This document shows, piece by piece, positions 8,333 to 16,984 of a stretch of DNA of 64,000 bases. Every line of letters begins with the position of its first letter. The first letter of the stretch is position 1. This DNA comes from Clostridia bacterium. Its GTDB lineage: Bacteria > Bacillota > Clostridia > Oscillospirales > QAMX01. The stretch spans positions 2,657 to 66,656 of the forward strand of contig JAFRWU010000009.1 of the NCBI GenBank assembly GCA_017441705.1, in the 5' to 3' direction. The notes beneath the pieces were generated by a model. The model saw only the letters and a program-made list of their open reading frames with translations, did not search any database and had not been told where the DNA came from. A program made the position numbers and the translations under genes.

Positions 8333-9295
8333 ATGCCACTCGTAACCTCTGCCGAAATGTTCAAAAAAGCATATGACGGCGGCTATGCCATCGGCGCTTT
8401 CAACGTTAACAATATGGAGATCGTCCAGGGAATCACCGAAGCCTGCCAGGAAGAAAAAGCTCCCGTCATTCTTCAGGTGTCCAAAGGCGCCCGCGCTTAT
8501 GCCAATCATAACTATCTTGTTAAACTCGTGGAAGCGGCGGTTATCTGCTGCCCGGATATTCCGATCGTTCTTCACCTGGATCACGGCCCTGATTTTGAAA
8601 CCTGCAAGGCCTGCATCGACGGCGGCTTCACCTCCGTGATGATCGACGGCTCCGCCCACTCCTTTGAAGAGAATATCGAAGTAACCCGCAAGGTCGTTGA
8701 ATACGCTCACGCTCACGGCGTCGTGGTCGAAGGCGAGCTCGGAACCCTGGCCGGCATCGAAGACGAGGTCAGCCATGCCGTCGGTTCCTACACCCGCCCC
8801 GAAGAGGTGGAAGAATTCGTTTCCAAGACCGGCGTCGATTCCCTTGCCATCGCCATCGGCACCTCGCACGGCGCGTATAAATTCAAGCCCGAGCAGTGCA
8901 CCGTCAATGAAAACGGCATCCTTGTTCCGCCTCCGCTCCGCTTTGACATCCTCAAGGAAGTATCCCGCCGTCTCCCCGGCTTCCCGATCGTCCTTCACGG
9001 CTCCTCTTCGGTTCCGCAGGACTACGTCAAGATGGTCAACGACAACGGCGGCAAGATGCCCAATGCCATCGGCGTTCCGGAAGAGCAGCTTCGCGAAGCC
9101 GCAAAGCTTTCGGTCTGCAAGATCAACATCGACTCCGACCTGCGTCTCGCAATGACCGGAACCATCCGCAAATTCTTCAACGAGCATCCCGACAAATTCG
9201 ATCCGCGCGAATACCTGAAGCCCGCCCGCGCCAACATCAAGGAGCTTGTCCGCCACAAGCTGGTCGACGTTCTCGGCTGCGCCGGAAAGGCCTGA
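8333..9295 (+). CDS. fba: Class II fructose-1,6-bisphosphate aldolase
   Basis: ATG 8333 follows AAAAGGAG. MPLVTSAEMFKKAYDGGYAIGAFNVNN, LHLDHGP and IGTSHGAYKF are hallmark class II aldolase motifs. Confidence 0.95.
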   Translation: MPLVTSAEMFKKAYDGGYAIGAFNVNNMEIVQGITEACQEEKAPVILQVSKGARAYANHNYLVKLVEAAVICCPDIPIVLHLDHGPDFETCKACIDGGFTSVMIDGSAHSFEENIEVTRKVVEYAHAHGVVVEGELGTLAGIEDEVSHAVGSYTRPEEVEEFVSKTGVDSLAIAIGTSHGAYKFKPEQCTVNENGILVPPPLRFDILKEVSRRLPGFPIVLHGSSSVPQDYVKMVNDNGGKMPNAIGVPEEQLREAAKLSVCKINIDSDLRLAMTGTIRKFFNEHPDKFDPREYLKPARANIKELVRHKLVDVLGCAGKA

Positions 9296-9307
9296 TTATT
9301 ACAAGCG

Positions 9308-9352
9308 AAACGGTTCCCGGTTGCGGGTTCTGCAATCGGGAACCGTTTTTTG
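9308..9352 (+). terminator. Intrinsic terminator after fba
   Basis: aaacggttcccg (9308-9319) pairs with cgggaaccgttt (9337-9348), followed by tttt. Confidence 0.8.
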
Positions 9353-9387
9353 AATCATCTTTCATCACCCGAAAGGAAGAAACACAT

Positions 9388-11823
9388 ATGCCCCTGAATG
9401 CCAAGGAAGAAAAGACCTTCCGAAGCGACGTCAGCGAAATGCTGGAGATCACTTACGGTGTCTCTCTGAAGGACGCCACAGCTTCCCAGCTCAACAAAGC
9501 GATCTCTTCCGTCATTATGCTGAAGCTTGCCAAAAAAGCGACCGGGTTCAAAAAAGAAGCCCAGTCGCAAAACCGCAAACGCGTGTATTATCTCTCGCTT
9601 GAATTCTTGCTGGGCCGCATGCTCCGCAACAATCTCTATAACCTCGGCATGGAAAAAGAGGCGGAAGAACTGATTCGCGAATGCGGCTTTACTCCCGACG
9701 AAGTCTACAGAGAGGAAACGGATCCCGGCCTTGGAAACGGCGGTCTCGGCAGACTTGCCGCGTGCTACATGGACGGTCTTACCTCCTGCAATTATATAGC
9801 GACGGGTTACTCGATCCGATATGAATACGGTATTTTCCGTCAGAAAATCGTCAACGGATGGCAGCTCGAGCTGCCCGATCTCTGGCTTGAAGACGGAAGC
9901 GTATGGCTTGCGCCGCGTGAGGACGAAACGATCCGCGTGCGTTTCGGCGGGCAGATATCCGAACGGTTCACAAGTTCGGGGCTCGTCGTCAATCATTACG
10001 GATATGAAGAAGTCCTCGCCGTGCCGTACGATATGTTTATCAGCGGTCATGGGACCGAAGCCGTCAACGTGCTCCGTCTGTGGACGGCGCGCGCCGAGGA
10101 TGAGATCGACATGGCGCTTTTTGCACGGGGCGAATATGCGAAAGCCCTGGAACACAAAAGCAACGTGGAAGCGATCTCCAAGGTCCTCTACCCTGCCGAC
10201 GATCACGTGGAAGGAAAAATCCTTCGCATCCGCCAGCAGTACCTGCTCGTCTCCGCGACCCTGCAGCAGATCCTCCGGGATCATTATCTTGCCTACGGAG
10301 CTTTTGACAATCTTCCCGACGTTGCGGCGATCCATATCAACGACACGCACCCCGCCATGTGCATCCCCGAAATGCTTCGCCTTTTGATGGACGAATACGG
10401 GCTTGGGTGGGACGAAGCTTTCTCTGTCACGTCCCGTACTCTGGCCTATACGAACCATACCGTCATGTCCGAAGCTCTGGAAAGATGGCCGGTGGAGATT
10501 TTCAAAACGCAGCTTCCGCGCATTTACGGGATCATCTGTGAAATCAACCGCCGCCTGCTTCTCGATCTTGAGGAAAAGGGCGTGAACGATCCCGGAAAAG
10601 TCGAGTATATGTCGATCTGCAGCCGTTACGAAGTCCGCATGGCCAATCTTTGTCTTGCGTCCGTGCATATGGTCAACGGCGTATCGGAACTGCATTCCAG
10701 GATCCTGCGCGAGCAGGTGTTCCGGGATTATTACTCCTACCGTCCGGAAATCTTTACAAACGTCACCAACGGCATAGCGCATCGCCGCTGGCTCTGCGAA
10801 GCCAATCCGGATCTGACGGCGCTGCTCAAGGATCTGATCGGAGACGGATTCGTCCATGACGCGGAAGCTCTTTCCGAGCTTCGCCGCTTCGAAAACGACA
10901 AAAGCGTTCTTGACGAGCTCCTCCGCATCAAGAGAAACAATAAAGCGCGTCTTGCCGAGCATCTCCGCAGGACCTCCGGCGTGATTCTGGATGAGAACAT
11001 GCTTTTTGACGTACAGGTCAAGAGGCTGCATGAGTATAAAAGGCAGCTTCTCAACGCTCTGCACATCCTTTCGCTTTACGCGTATCTGAAAGAGAATCCG
11101 GGCGCACCTTTTGAACCGAGGACCTTCCTCTTCGGCGCGAAGGCGTCGGCAGCGTATCACACCGCCAAGCGCATCATAAAACTGATCTGCGCCATATCGG
11201 ACATGATCGCCGCCGATCCCGACATACGCGACAAGCTGAAGGTCGTCTTCGTGGAGAACTATTCGGTTTCGGCCGCGGAAGTCATTATCCCGGCCGCCGA
11301 CGTTTCGGAACAGATTTCCGTCGCCGGGAAAGAGGCCAGCGGTACCGGCAACATGAAGCTGATGATCAACGGCGCGCTGACCGTCGGCACTCTGGACGGC
11401 GCCAACATCGAAATCATGGAACGCGCCGGACGCGACAACATCTTTATCTTCGGCCTGACCGCCGAACAGGTCAACGCGCTCTGGGCGGCCGGCTACAATC
11501 CCATTTCCTATTACAGCGCATCCCCCTATCTGAAAAAGGCGGTGGATATGCTGAATTCCGGCATCGCCGGCGAGCATTTTGCCGACATTGCAGGCAGTCT
11601 GATCTACGGCGGAAACGGCGTGGCCGATCCCTATATGTGCCTTGCCGATTTCGACCTGTACCATGCGTGCCAGGAAAAGGTTTCCGAAACCTGGAAAGAT
11701 CGGGAAAAGTGGGCGCGCATGTCGCTTCACAACATCGCCGGCGCCGGTTTCTTTGCCGCCGACCGCGCGGTAAAGGAATACGCCGACCGGATCTGGAACG
11801 TGAAGCCCGTCCTTCTCCCCTGA
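9388..11823 (+). CDS. glgP: Glycogen/alpha-glucan phosphorylase
   Basis: 811 aa. It carries the PLP-lysine signature EASGTGNMKLMINGA and GLGNGGLGRLAAC. Confidence 0.95.
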   Translation: MPLNAKEEKTFRSDVSEMLEITYGVSLKDATASQLNKAISSVIMLKLAKKATGFKKEAQSQNRKRVYYLSLEFLLGRMLRNNLYNLGMEKEAEELIRECGFTPDEVYREETDPGLGNGGLGRLAACYMDGLTSCNYIATGYSIRYEYGIFRQKIVNGWQLELPDLWLEDGSVWLAPREDETIRVRFGGQISERFTSSGLVVNHYGYEEVLAVPYDMFISGHGTEAVNVLRLWTARAEDEIDMALFARGEYAKALEHKSNVEAISKVLYPADDHVEGKILRIRQQYLLVSATLQQILRDHYLAYGAFDNLPDVAAIHINDTHPAMCIPEMLRLLMDEYGLGWDEAFSVTSRTLAYTNHTVMSEALERWPVEIFKTQLPRIYGIICEINRRLLLDLEEKGVNDPGKVEYMSICSRYEVRMANLCLASVHMVNGVSELHSRILREQVFRDYYSYRPEIFTNVTNGIAHRRWLCEANPDLTALLKDLIGDGFVHDAEALSELRRFENDKSVLDELLRIKRNNKARLAEHLRRTSGVILDENMLFDVQVKRLHEYKRQLLNALHILSLYAYLKENPGAPFEPRTFLFGAKASAAYHTAKRIIKLICAISDMIAADPDIRDKLKVVFVENYSVSAAEVIIPAADVSEQISVAGKEASGTGNMKLMINGALTVGTLDGANIEIMERAGRDNIFIFGLTAEQVNALWAAGYNPISYYSASPYLKKAVDMLNSGIAGEHFADIAGSLIYGGNGVADPYMCLADFDLYHACQEKVSETWKDREKWARMSLHNIAGAGFFAADRAVKEYADRIWNVKPVLLP

Positions 11824-11839
11824 CAAGCGAATCGACAGA

Positions 11840-11876
11840 AAAAACAGCCGCGCGGGATCTCTGCGCAGCTGTTTTT
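11840..11876. terminator. Bidirectional intrinsic terminator
   Basis: aaaaacagc (11840-11848) pairs with gctgttttt (11868-11876), and a GC-rich inner stem continues the helix. The A-tract and T-tract flanks serve the convergent glgP and S51 peptidase genes. Confidence 0.75.
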
Positions 11877-11891
11877 AATTGCAGAAAAGGA

Positions 11892-12587
11892 TCAAAGCTT
11901 TTCGAGAAGCTCCGGATGCGACGTGAGATCATATCTTTTGTATCCGTCTTCCGCGTCAAAGAACCATATCCGGGCGTCCGGCCGCTCGGGAGAAATGCGA
12001 AGAGACCATTTGCCGCCGATCAGACAGATCGCCGTATCGTTTTCACAGGCAATGGTGGAAATACCGGCTTCTTCTGCGCGGCGGTTGAATTGCTGCCAGA
12101 AAGCGGATTCGTAATGCGGGACGTTGCAGTACGGAAGAAGACCGAGAGCGTCCTCGAAGCGGCAGGAATCGTCATAACCGCTGTTATCGAAGCCTTTCTG
12201 AAACCAGCACATGCTTCCGGAAGAGCTTCCGAACAGAGTCTTCCCCTCCTCAAAAGCTTCCCGCAGATATCTGTCGGTATGAGTTTCCCGCCAGGTCTCC
12301 ATACAAAAACGAAGGTTCCCGCCGGGCACGTGGATGATATCTGCTCTGCGGATCCTGTCGGCTATGATCTCTTCGGTCACATAAGCGTGGGTCAGATAGA
12401 GGATCTCCACATGGCATCCGGATTTAGAGAAAACAGCGGGCCCGTCGCGGTCGACGATGTCATAGGAGGTGGTGGGAAGAAAGAGATAGTTCGGTATTTC
12501 CTTTCCGGAAAGCTCCATAATGTCGCGCGCGAGAGGAAAGAGTCCTTTCCCTCCGAATCCTCCGCCGATGCCGATGATGTTTCCCAT
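11892..12587 (-). CDS. Peptidase S51 (dipeptidase E-like) family protein
   Basis: Trimmed to ATG 12587 (MGNIIGIGGG), which is preceded by GGGAAGGA. IHVPGGN and GSSSGSMCW fit the S51 layout (class-I glutamine-amidotransferase-like fold). Confidence 0.7.
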   Translation of the reverse strand: MGNIIGIGGGFGGKGLFPLARDIMELSGKEIPNYLFLPTTSYDIVDRDGPAVFSKSGCHVEILYLTHAYVTEEIIADRIRRADIIHVPGGNLRFCMETWRETHTDRYLREAFEEGKTLFGSSSGSMCWFQKGFDNSGYDDSCRFEDALGLLPYCNVPHYESAFWQQFNRRAEEAGISTIACENDTAICLIGGKWSLRISPERPDARIWFFDAEDGYKRYDLTSHPELLEKL

Positions 12588-12701
12588 GACGATCCTTCCC
12601 TCTATGTTTTTTCGATCGGATTGACCTTTGACCACGGAACGTCCCGCAGGGACAACGCTCCCGGTCATCATTCGCCGAAAGAGCCGAACGCATGCGGCGA
12701 T

Positions 12702-13988
12702 TTACTCTTCGGCGCGCTTTCTTCGCAGAAGTCTTTCGCTATGCCGGATTTTGTAGAGCTCTTCTGCGGCCAGGCGGGTTTTCGCTACGCTTACAGGATC
12801 TTTGGGGAAGCAATAGTATGCGCATTCCTTTCCCCCGATCGCGATCACATCGCCGATTTCATACCAGTAATAATCGGCGTAAAGCCCGTAGGAAAAGAGC
12901 GGTCCCTGGCGATAGTCAAGCTTTCCGTCACACCCTGTGAGACGGAATCCGTCGCCGTCATGGATCAGGATACCGTCTCCGACAAAGTAGATCGCCTTCC
13001 GGTCGACCATCATTCCGATCTTTACACGGGATTCCATCCGGTATTCGCCTTTGAGTATCTCATCACAGACCGCGTCTCTTTCCGCACGGTACCAATCCGG
13101 GATATGCGGGTATTCGGTCGCACCTTTTTCGGCGTGAAGTTCGCCGTATTCGTCCAATTGATAGCTTTTCCCGCAGAAAGAGCAGGAAAGCGTTGTCCCT
13201 TTTCCGCGCATGCCACCTTCTTTCCCGCAGCAGGCGCATCGATAAAGGATCCGCTCCAAACCGTCCGCGCGAAACGGTTCGTTTACGGGGATTCTGTTTT
13301 CCTTCTGCGTTTTGAACGCGTCGAACGTGAAGAAATCGTCAAGCTTCCGATCCAGTTCCTCGACGCTTTTTTCGCGGATCTCCTCCACGGTAAACAGACG
13401 GGAAACGTGCGCCGATACCGTTACCTTTCTTTTTTGCAGTTCATTGTATAAGGGATCGCGCAGAAAAGCGCCGTCGGTCTTGATCCCGAGAACAGGAACG
13501 GAGAGCCTTTTCAAAAGGAGGCCTATTCTGCGCGGAAGAGGCGTTGCGCATCCGTCGAAGGAATAACTGGCTTCGGGATACATCAAAACCGAAACTCTTT
13601 TTCTGAAAAGGGTTTCCATATCCCGGATCAGCGTGACGTCGCTCGAAAACTTTGCCGTTTCCACGCAGCCAAGGGCGCGCATCAGCCCCGCCTTCCCCAC
13701 GAATCCGTCGGAGGTGCACACGATGCCGTATGGATGCGGATAAAAGATCTTCGACACGATCTCCAGATCGATGAAGCTGGAATGATTCATCAGGATCAGG
13801 CAGGGTTCTTTCCCCGGGACGAGACCTTTGTCGGTCGTATAGGAAAACGAAGCGCTGCCAAGATCCGGTGCAGACGCCAGACGGACAAGCGTCCTGAGAA
13901 GCAGGGAGGGCCTGCGCGGCGGTTTGGAGACGTATTTTGGCAGACGCATGACCTCTTCGTAAGAGAGTTCTTTCGTTTTGATTTTCAT
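12702..13988 (-). CDS. Lysophospholipid (PlsC-type) acyltransferase with C-terminal zinc-ribbon-like domain
   Basis: Starts at ATG 13988 (MKIKTK). The HX4D motif is in NHSSFIDL and PEAS follows. The C-terminal half contains CACCGK...CSFCGK. Confidence 0.7.
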   Translation of the reverse strand: MKIKTKELSYEEVMRLPKYVSKPPRRPSLLLRTLVRLASAPDLGSASFSYTTDKGLVPGKEPCLILMNHSSFIDLEIVSKIFYPHPYGIVCTSDGFVGKAGLMRALGCVETAKFSSDVTLIRDMETLFRKRVSVLMYPEASYSFDGCATPLPRRIGLLLKRLSVPVLGIKTDGAFLRDPLYNELQKRKVTVSAHVSRLFTVEEIREKSVEELDRKLDDFFTFDAFKTQKENRIPVNEPFRADGLERILYRCACCGKEGGMRGKGTTLSCSFCGKSYQLDEYGELHAEKGATEYPHIPDWYRAERDAVCDEILKGEYRMESRVKIGMMVDRKAIYFVGDGILIHDGDGFRLTGCDGKLDYRQGPLFSYGLYADYYWYEIGDVIAIGGKECAYYCFPKDPVSVAKTRLAAEELYKIRHSERLLRRKRAEE

Positions 13989-14037
13989 CCGGTTCGTTCC
14001 TTCCCGATATGAATAGGGTATCTCGATGAGTATAAGC

Positions 14038-14069
14038 AAATCGCCGGTTTCAGCCGAAACCGGCGATTT
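14038..14069 (-). terminator. Terminator-like hairpin downstream of the PHP gene
   Basis: aaatcgccggtttc (14038-14051) pairs perfectly with gaaaccggcgattt (14056-14069) around a 4-nt loop. The U-tract is weak. Confidence 0.55.
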
Positions 14070-14078
14070 CTGACGTCC

Positions 14079-14780
14079 TCAGCGGGAAACGGAGAATTCC
14101 ACTCCCCTGTCGCCGTTTTCGATCAGGCGAAAATCCCCTTTTTTCAGAACAGTGATCAGCTGATCCATGGAAAGAATCCTTTCGTCGGTGACGATGCCGC
14201 CGCGCGCCACGTCCTCGACCTGGTGTGCGTCCGATCCGGAAACGGCGGTAAGGCCGTATTTCATCGCCCAGAGACGCGCAATATCATTCCGGGAATCATG
14301 CCGGGGATGCCCGTTGTGCACCTCCATGGCGTCCAGAAGCGCCGGATCCTGGATCTTCATACCTTTGCGAAAGGGATGCGCCTGGATCAAATAGAAGCCT
14401 TCCCGGCGGCAGAGCGCGCTGAAGTCCTTCAGCCCCAGATTCATCAGACCGGAATGCTTCCTGAAATAGTCGAAATCCATGCCGTAGACAAGATAATCGT
14501 TGTCGGCGTCGGTGAAACGGATCTCAATGCCGTAAAGAACCGTCATGCCGAAAGGCTCCGCGGTCTTCACGGCTTCGGAAACGTTTTTTTCATACAGGGC
14601 GACGAGCTCTTCGTGGGTAACGCCGCCGTGCGCCTCATAAATCCGCGGATAGTAGTGGTCTGTGAGGACGAGGGTGGAATACCCGGCTTCGTGATAAAGC
14701 CGGACCATCTCCCTGACCGGCACATGACCGCAGGGACTCATCTCACAGCTGTGCATATGCAGCTCGGTCCGGTAATTCAC
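14079..14780 (-). CDS. PHP-domain metal-dependent phosphoesterase
   Basis: The GTG start overlaps the typA stop (GTGA) and is preceded by GGAGGG. ELHMHS, LTDH, AHP and SGSDAH match the PHP His/Asp ligand pattern. Confidence 0.8.
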   Translation of the reverse strand: MNYRTELHMHSCEMSPCGHVPVREMVRLYHEAGYSTLVLTDHYYPRIYEAHGGVTHEELVALYEKNVSEAVKTAEPFGMTVLYGIEIRFTDADNDYLVYGMDFDYFRKHSGLMNLGLKDFSALCRREGFYLIQAHPFRKGMKIQDPALLDAMEVHNGHPRHDSRNDIARLWAMKYGLTAVSGSDAHQVEDVARGGIVTDERILSMDQLITVLKKGDFRLIENGDRGVEFSVSR

Positions 14781-16615
14781 GCGTTGCCCTCCATGGCTTT
14801 TTTCTGGGACGCAATACGCATGCGCGCAGCGCGGTCCAGGATTGCCTTTCTGATGCGGATGGCATCCGGAGTGACTTCCAGAAGCTCATCGTCGGCGAGA
14901 AATTCCATGCACTGCTCCAGGCTCATCTTTCGCGGCGGAATGAGACGGAGCGCTTCGTCGCTGCCGGCGGCACGCATGTTGGTGATATGCTTCTTTTTGC
15001 ACACGTTGACCGCCAGATCCTCCGGCTTCGGAGACATGCCGACAACCATGCCTTCGTATACCATGGTGCCGGGTTCGATAAAGAGAACGCCTCTTTCCTG
15101 GGCGGCATACAGTCCGTAGGAAACGGCCTCTCCCGTTTCGAACGCAATCAGGGAACCGTTCGTCCGGCGGTTGATGCTGCCCTTGACAGGCTGATAACTG
15201 TCAAACACGGAATTCATGATGCCCTCGCCGCGCGTTTCGGTCATGAAGTCGTTGCGGTATCCGAAAAGGCCGCGGGCCGGAATGGTGTATTCAAGACGCG
15301 TACGGGAAATCATCTGATTCATCTTGACCAGATCGCCGCGGCGCCGGCCCATGGATTCCATGACGGTGCCCATGCTTTCGTTCGGAACGTCGATGATGAC
15401 GCGTTCCACCGGTTCGCATTTGACGCCGTCGATCTCTTTGTACAAGACCTTCGGGGGACCGACCTGAAATTCATAGCCTTCGCGCCGCATGGTCTCGATC
15501 AGGATCGAAAGATGCATCTCGCCCCGGCCGAGCACCATAAACGCGTCGGTGGAATCGGTATCGCGCACTTTGAGAGAAACGTCCTTGAGAAGCTCCCGGT
15601 AAAGCCGGTCGCGCAGGTTACGGGAGGTCACGTATTTCCCGGACTGCCCTGCGAAGGGACTGTCGTTGACGGAGAATTCCATTTCCACCGTCGGCTCCGA
15701 GATCTTGACGAAGGGCAGCGGTTCCACGGCGTTCGGCGCGCAGATGGTGTCGCCGATATTGAAGTTTTCGATACCGGCGAGCGCTACGATATCACCCGCG
15801 TAGGCGATATCGACCGGTTTTTTTGTCAGACCGTCGAATTCATACAGATAGATCGCCTTGGCTTTGATCTGCTCGTCCGGATTACCGAAGGTCGTCAGAA
15901 CGATATCCTGTCCTTTTTTCACGGTGCCGCGTTCGATACGTCCGACGGCGACGCGTCCTACGTAGTCGTTGTAGTCGATAGCGGATACGAGCATCTGAAG
16001 AGGCGCCGTCTCATCCCCTTCCGGCGGATCAAAGTAATTGACGATCATATCGAAAAGCGGTTTCAGATCGGTTCCCTGCCGGTGAGGATCGGTGGAAGCG
16101 GTGCCTTTGCGGCCCGATGCGTAGATGATGGGCGCATCGAGCTGTTCGCCGCTGGCGTCAAGCTCCATCAGGAGTTCCAGGACTTCGTCGATCACCTCGT
16201 CCACGCGGGCGTCGGGGCGATCGGTCTTGTTGATCACGACGATCACCTTGTGACCCAGCTCAAGGGCGCGCGATAAGACGAAACGAGTCTGCGGCATGGG
16301 ACCTTCGAAGGCGTCCACCAGGAGCAGGACTCCGTTGACCATTTTCAGGATGCGCTCCACCTCGCCGCCGAAATCGGCGTGGCCCGGCGTATCGACGATG
16401 TTGATCTTGGTGTCTCCGTACATGACGGACGTGTTTTTGGCCAGGATCGTGATGCCGCGTTCGCGTTCCAGCGCGTTGCTGTCCATGACGCGGTCGACGG
16501 TCTGCTGGTTTTCCCGGTAGATACCGCTCTGTTTGAACATCTCATCCACGAGGGTCGTTTTGCCATGGTCGACGTGCGCGATGATGGCGATGTTGCGAAG
16601 ATGCTGCTGATTCAA
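14777..16615 (-). CDS. typA: Translational GTPase TypA/BipA
   Basis: TTG start follows [33 protein letters not shown] and INKTD are present; 612 aa. Confidence 0.95.
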   Translation of the reverse strand: MNQQHLRNIAIIAHVDHGKTTLVDEMFKQSGIYRENQQTVDRVMDSNALERERGITILAKNTSVMYGDTKINIVDTPGHADFGGEVERILKMVNGVLLLVDAFEGPMPQTRFVLSRALELGHKVIVVINKTDRPDARVDEVIDEVLELLMELDASGEQLDAPIIYASGRKGTASTDPHRQGTDLKPLFDMIVNYFDPPEGDETAPLQMLVSAIDYNDYVGRVAVGRIERGTVKKGQDIVLTTFGNPDEQIKAKAIYLYEFDGLTKKPVDIAYAGDIVALAGIENFNIGDTICAPNAVEPLPFVKISEPTVEMEFSVNDSPFAGQSGKYVTSRNLRDRLYRELLKDVSLKVRDTDSTDAFMVLGRGEMHLSILIETMRREGYEFQVGPPKVLYKEIDGVKCEPVERVIIDVPNESMGTVMESMGRRRGDLVKMNQMISRTRLEYTIPARGLFGYRNDFMTETRGEGIMNSVFDSYQPVKGSINRRTNGSLIAFETGEAVSYGLYAAQERGVLFIEPGTMVYEGMVVGMSPKPEDLAVNVCKKKHITNMRAAGSDEALRLIPPRKMSLEQCMEFLADDELLEVTPDAIRIRKAILDRAARMRIASQKKAMEGNA

Positions 16616-16898
16616 ATTAAAAACCTCCTACCCGGTACGGGCAGATTTCAGGACGGCATAACGTCTGCCAAAGCAGGGATCCGTCCCAATGATTATTGAA
16701 TTACAACGGGATGCCGCGATTCCTGACGATTTGCCGGCCCGGCAAAGCCCGCGGATCCGTCCCGCGGCGTTCGGGCGTTGTTTATCAGGAACTGGGAACG
16801 GTACGGAAGCGTCTGCGCCCTTTTCCGGACCGCCAGGCATCGTATCCGGTCAGGTATTCCTTTCACGGAACGATCCGAAGGAACGGCATCCTCTATAA
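16616..16898 (-). promoter_or_regulatory. Long structured 5' leader of typA (candidate cis-regulatory RNA)
   Basis: About 280 nt lie between the predicted promoter and the typA start. A long-range helix pairs 16720-16727 with 16885-16892 and 16731-16735 with 16880-16884. Several GC hairpins sit inside it, and an 11-nt direct repeat ggatccgtccc occurs at 16678-16688 and 16764-16774. Confidence 0.4.
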
Positions 16899-16904
16899 TC
16901 ATTG

Positions 16905-16933
16905 ATTATACAGCATATTCCCGAAAAGAGCAA
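16905..16933 (-). promoter_or_regulatory. Promoter, TTGCTC-17 nt-TATAAT (for typA)
   Basis: Minus strand: TTGCTC is the complement of 16928-16933 and TATAAT is the complement of 16905-16910. Confidence 0.45.
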
Positions 16934-16967
16934 GAAAAAAGCGACCGAATATACCGCCGGCCGCTTT
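16931..16967 (-). terminator. Intrinsic terminator after uvrA
   Basis: aaagcgaccg (16938-16947) pairs with cggccgcttt (16958-16967) at 9 of 10 positions. On the minus strand it is followed by TTTTTTCTTG. Confidence 0.65.
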
Positions 16968-16984
16968 CTATCTTTTGTTTATCC

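Noticed and set aside
9355-11826. 823-aa ORF antisense to glgP. Similar very long antisense ORFs occur elsewhere, for example 42485..45415 (976 aa), 45367..48390 (1007 aa), 19822..22335 (837 aa), 16778..19072 (764 aa), 11637..13451, 14987..16276, 53222..54586, 60586..61995, 29001..30341 and 1079..2308.
   Set aside because: Each lies opposite a gene with unmistakable family motifs. The translations are Arg/Gly/Ala/Asp-rich with no recognisable motifs and no SD at the start. They are the expected stop-codon-poor shadow frames of a GC-rich genome.
16628-16902. The 69-70 aa ORFs inside the typA-uvrA intergenic region, as possible small proteins.
   Set aside because: They have no SD, their composition is Arg/Pro/Gly-rich, they overlap each other in different frames, and they coincide with predicted RNA helices. 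The region is better explained as an untranslated leader.
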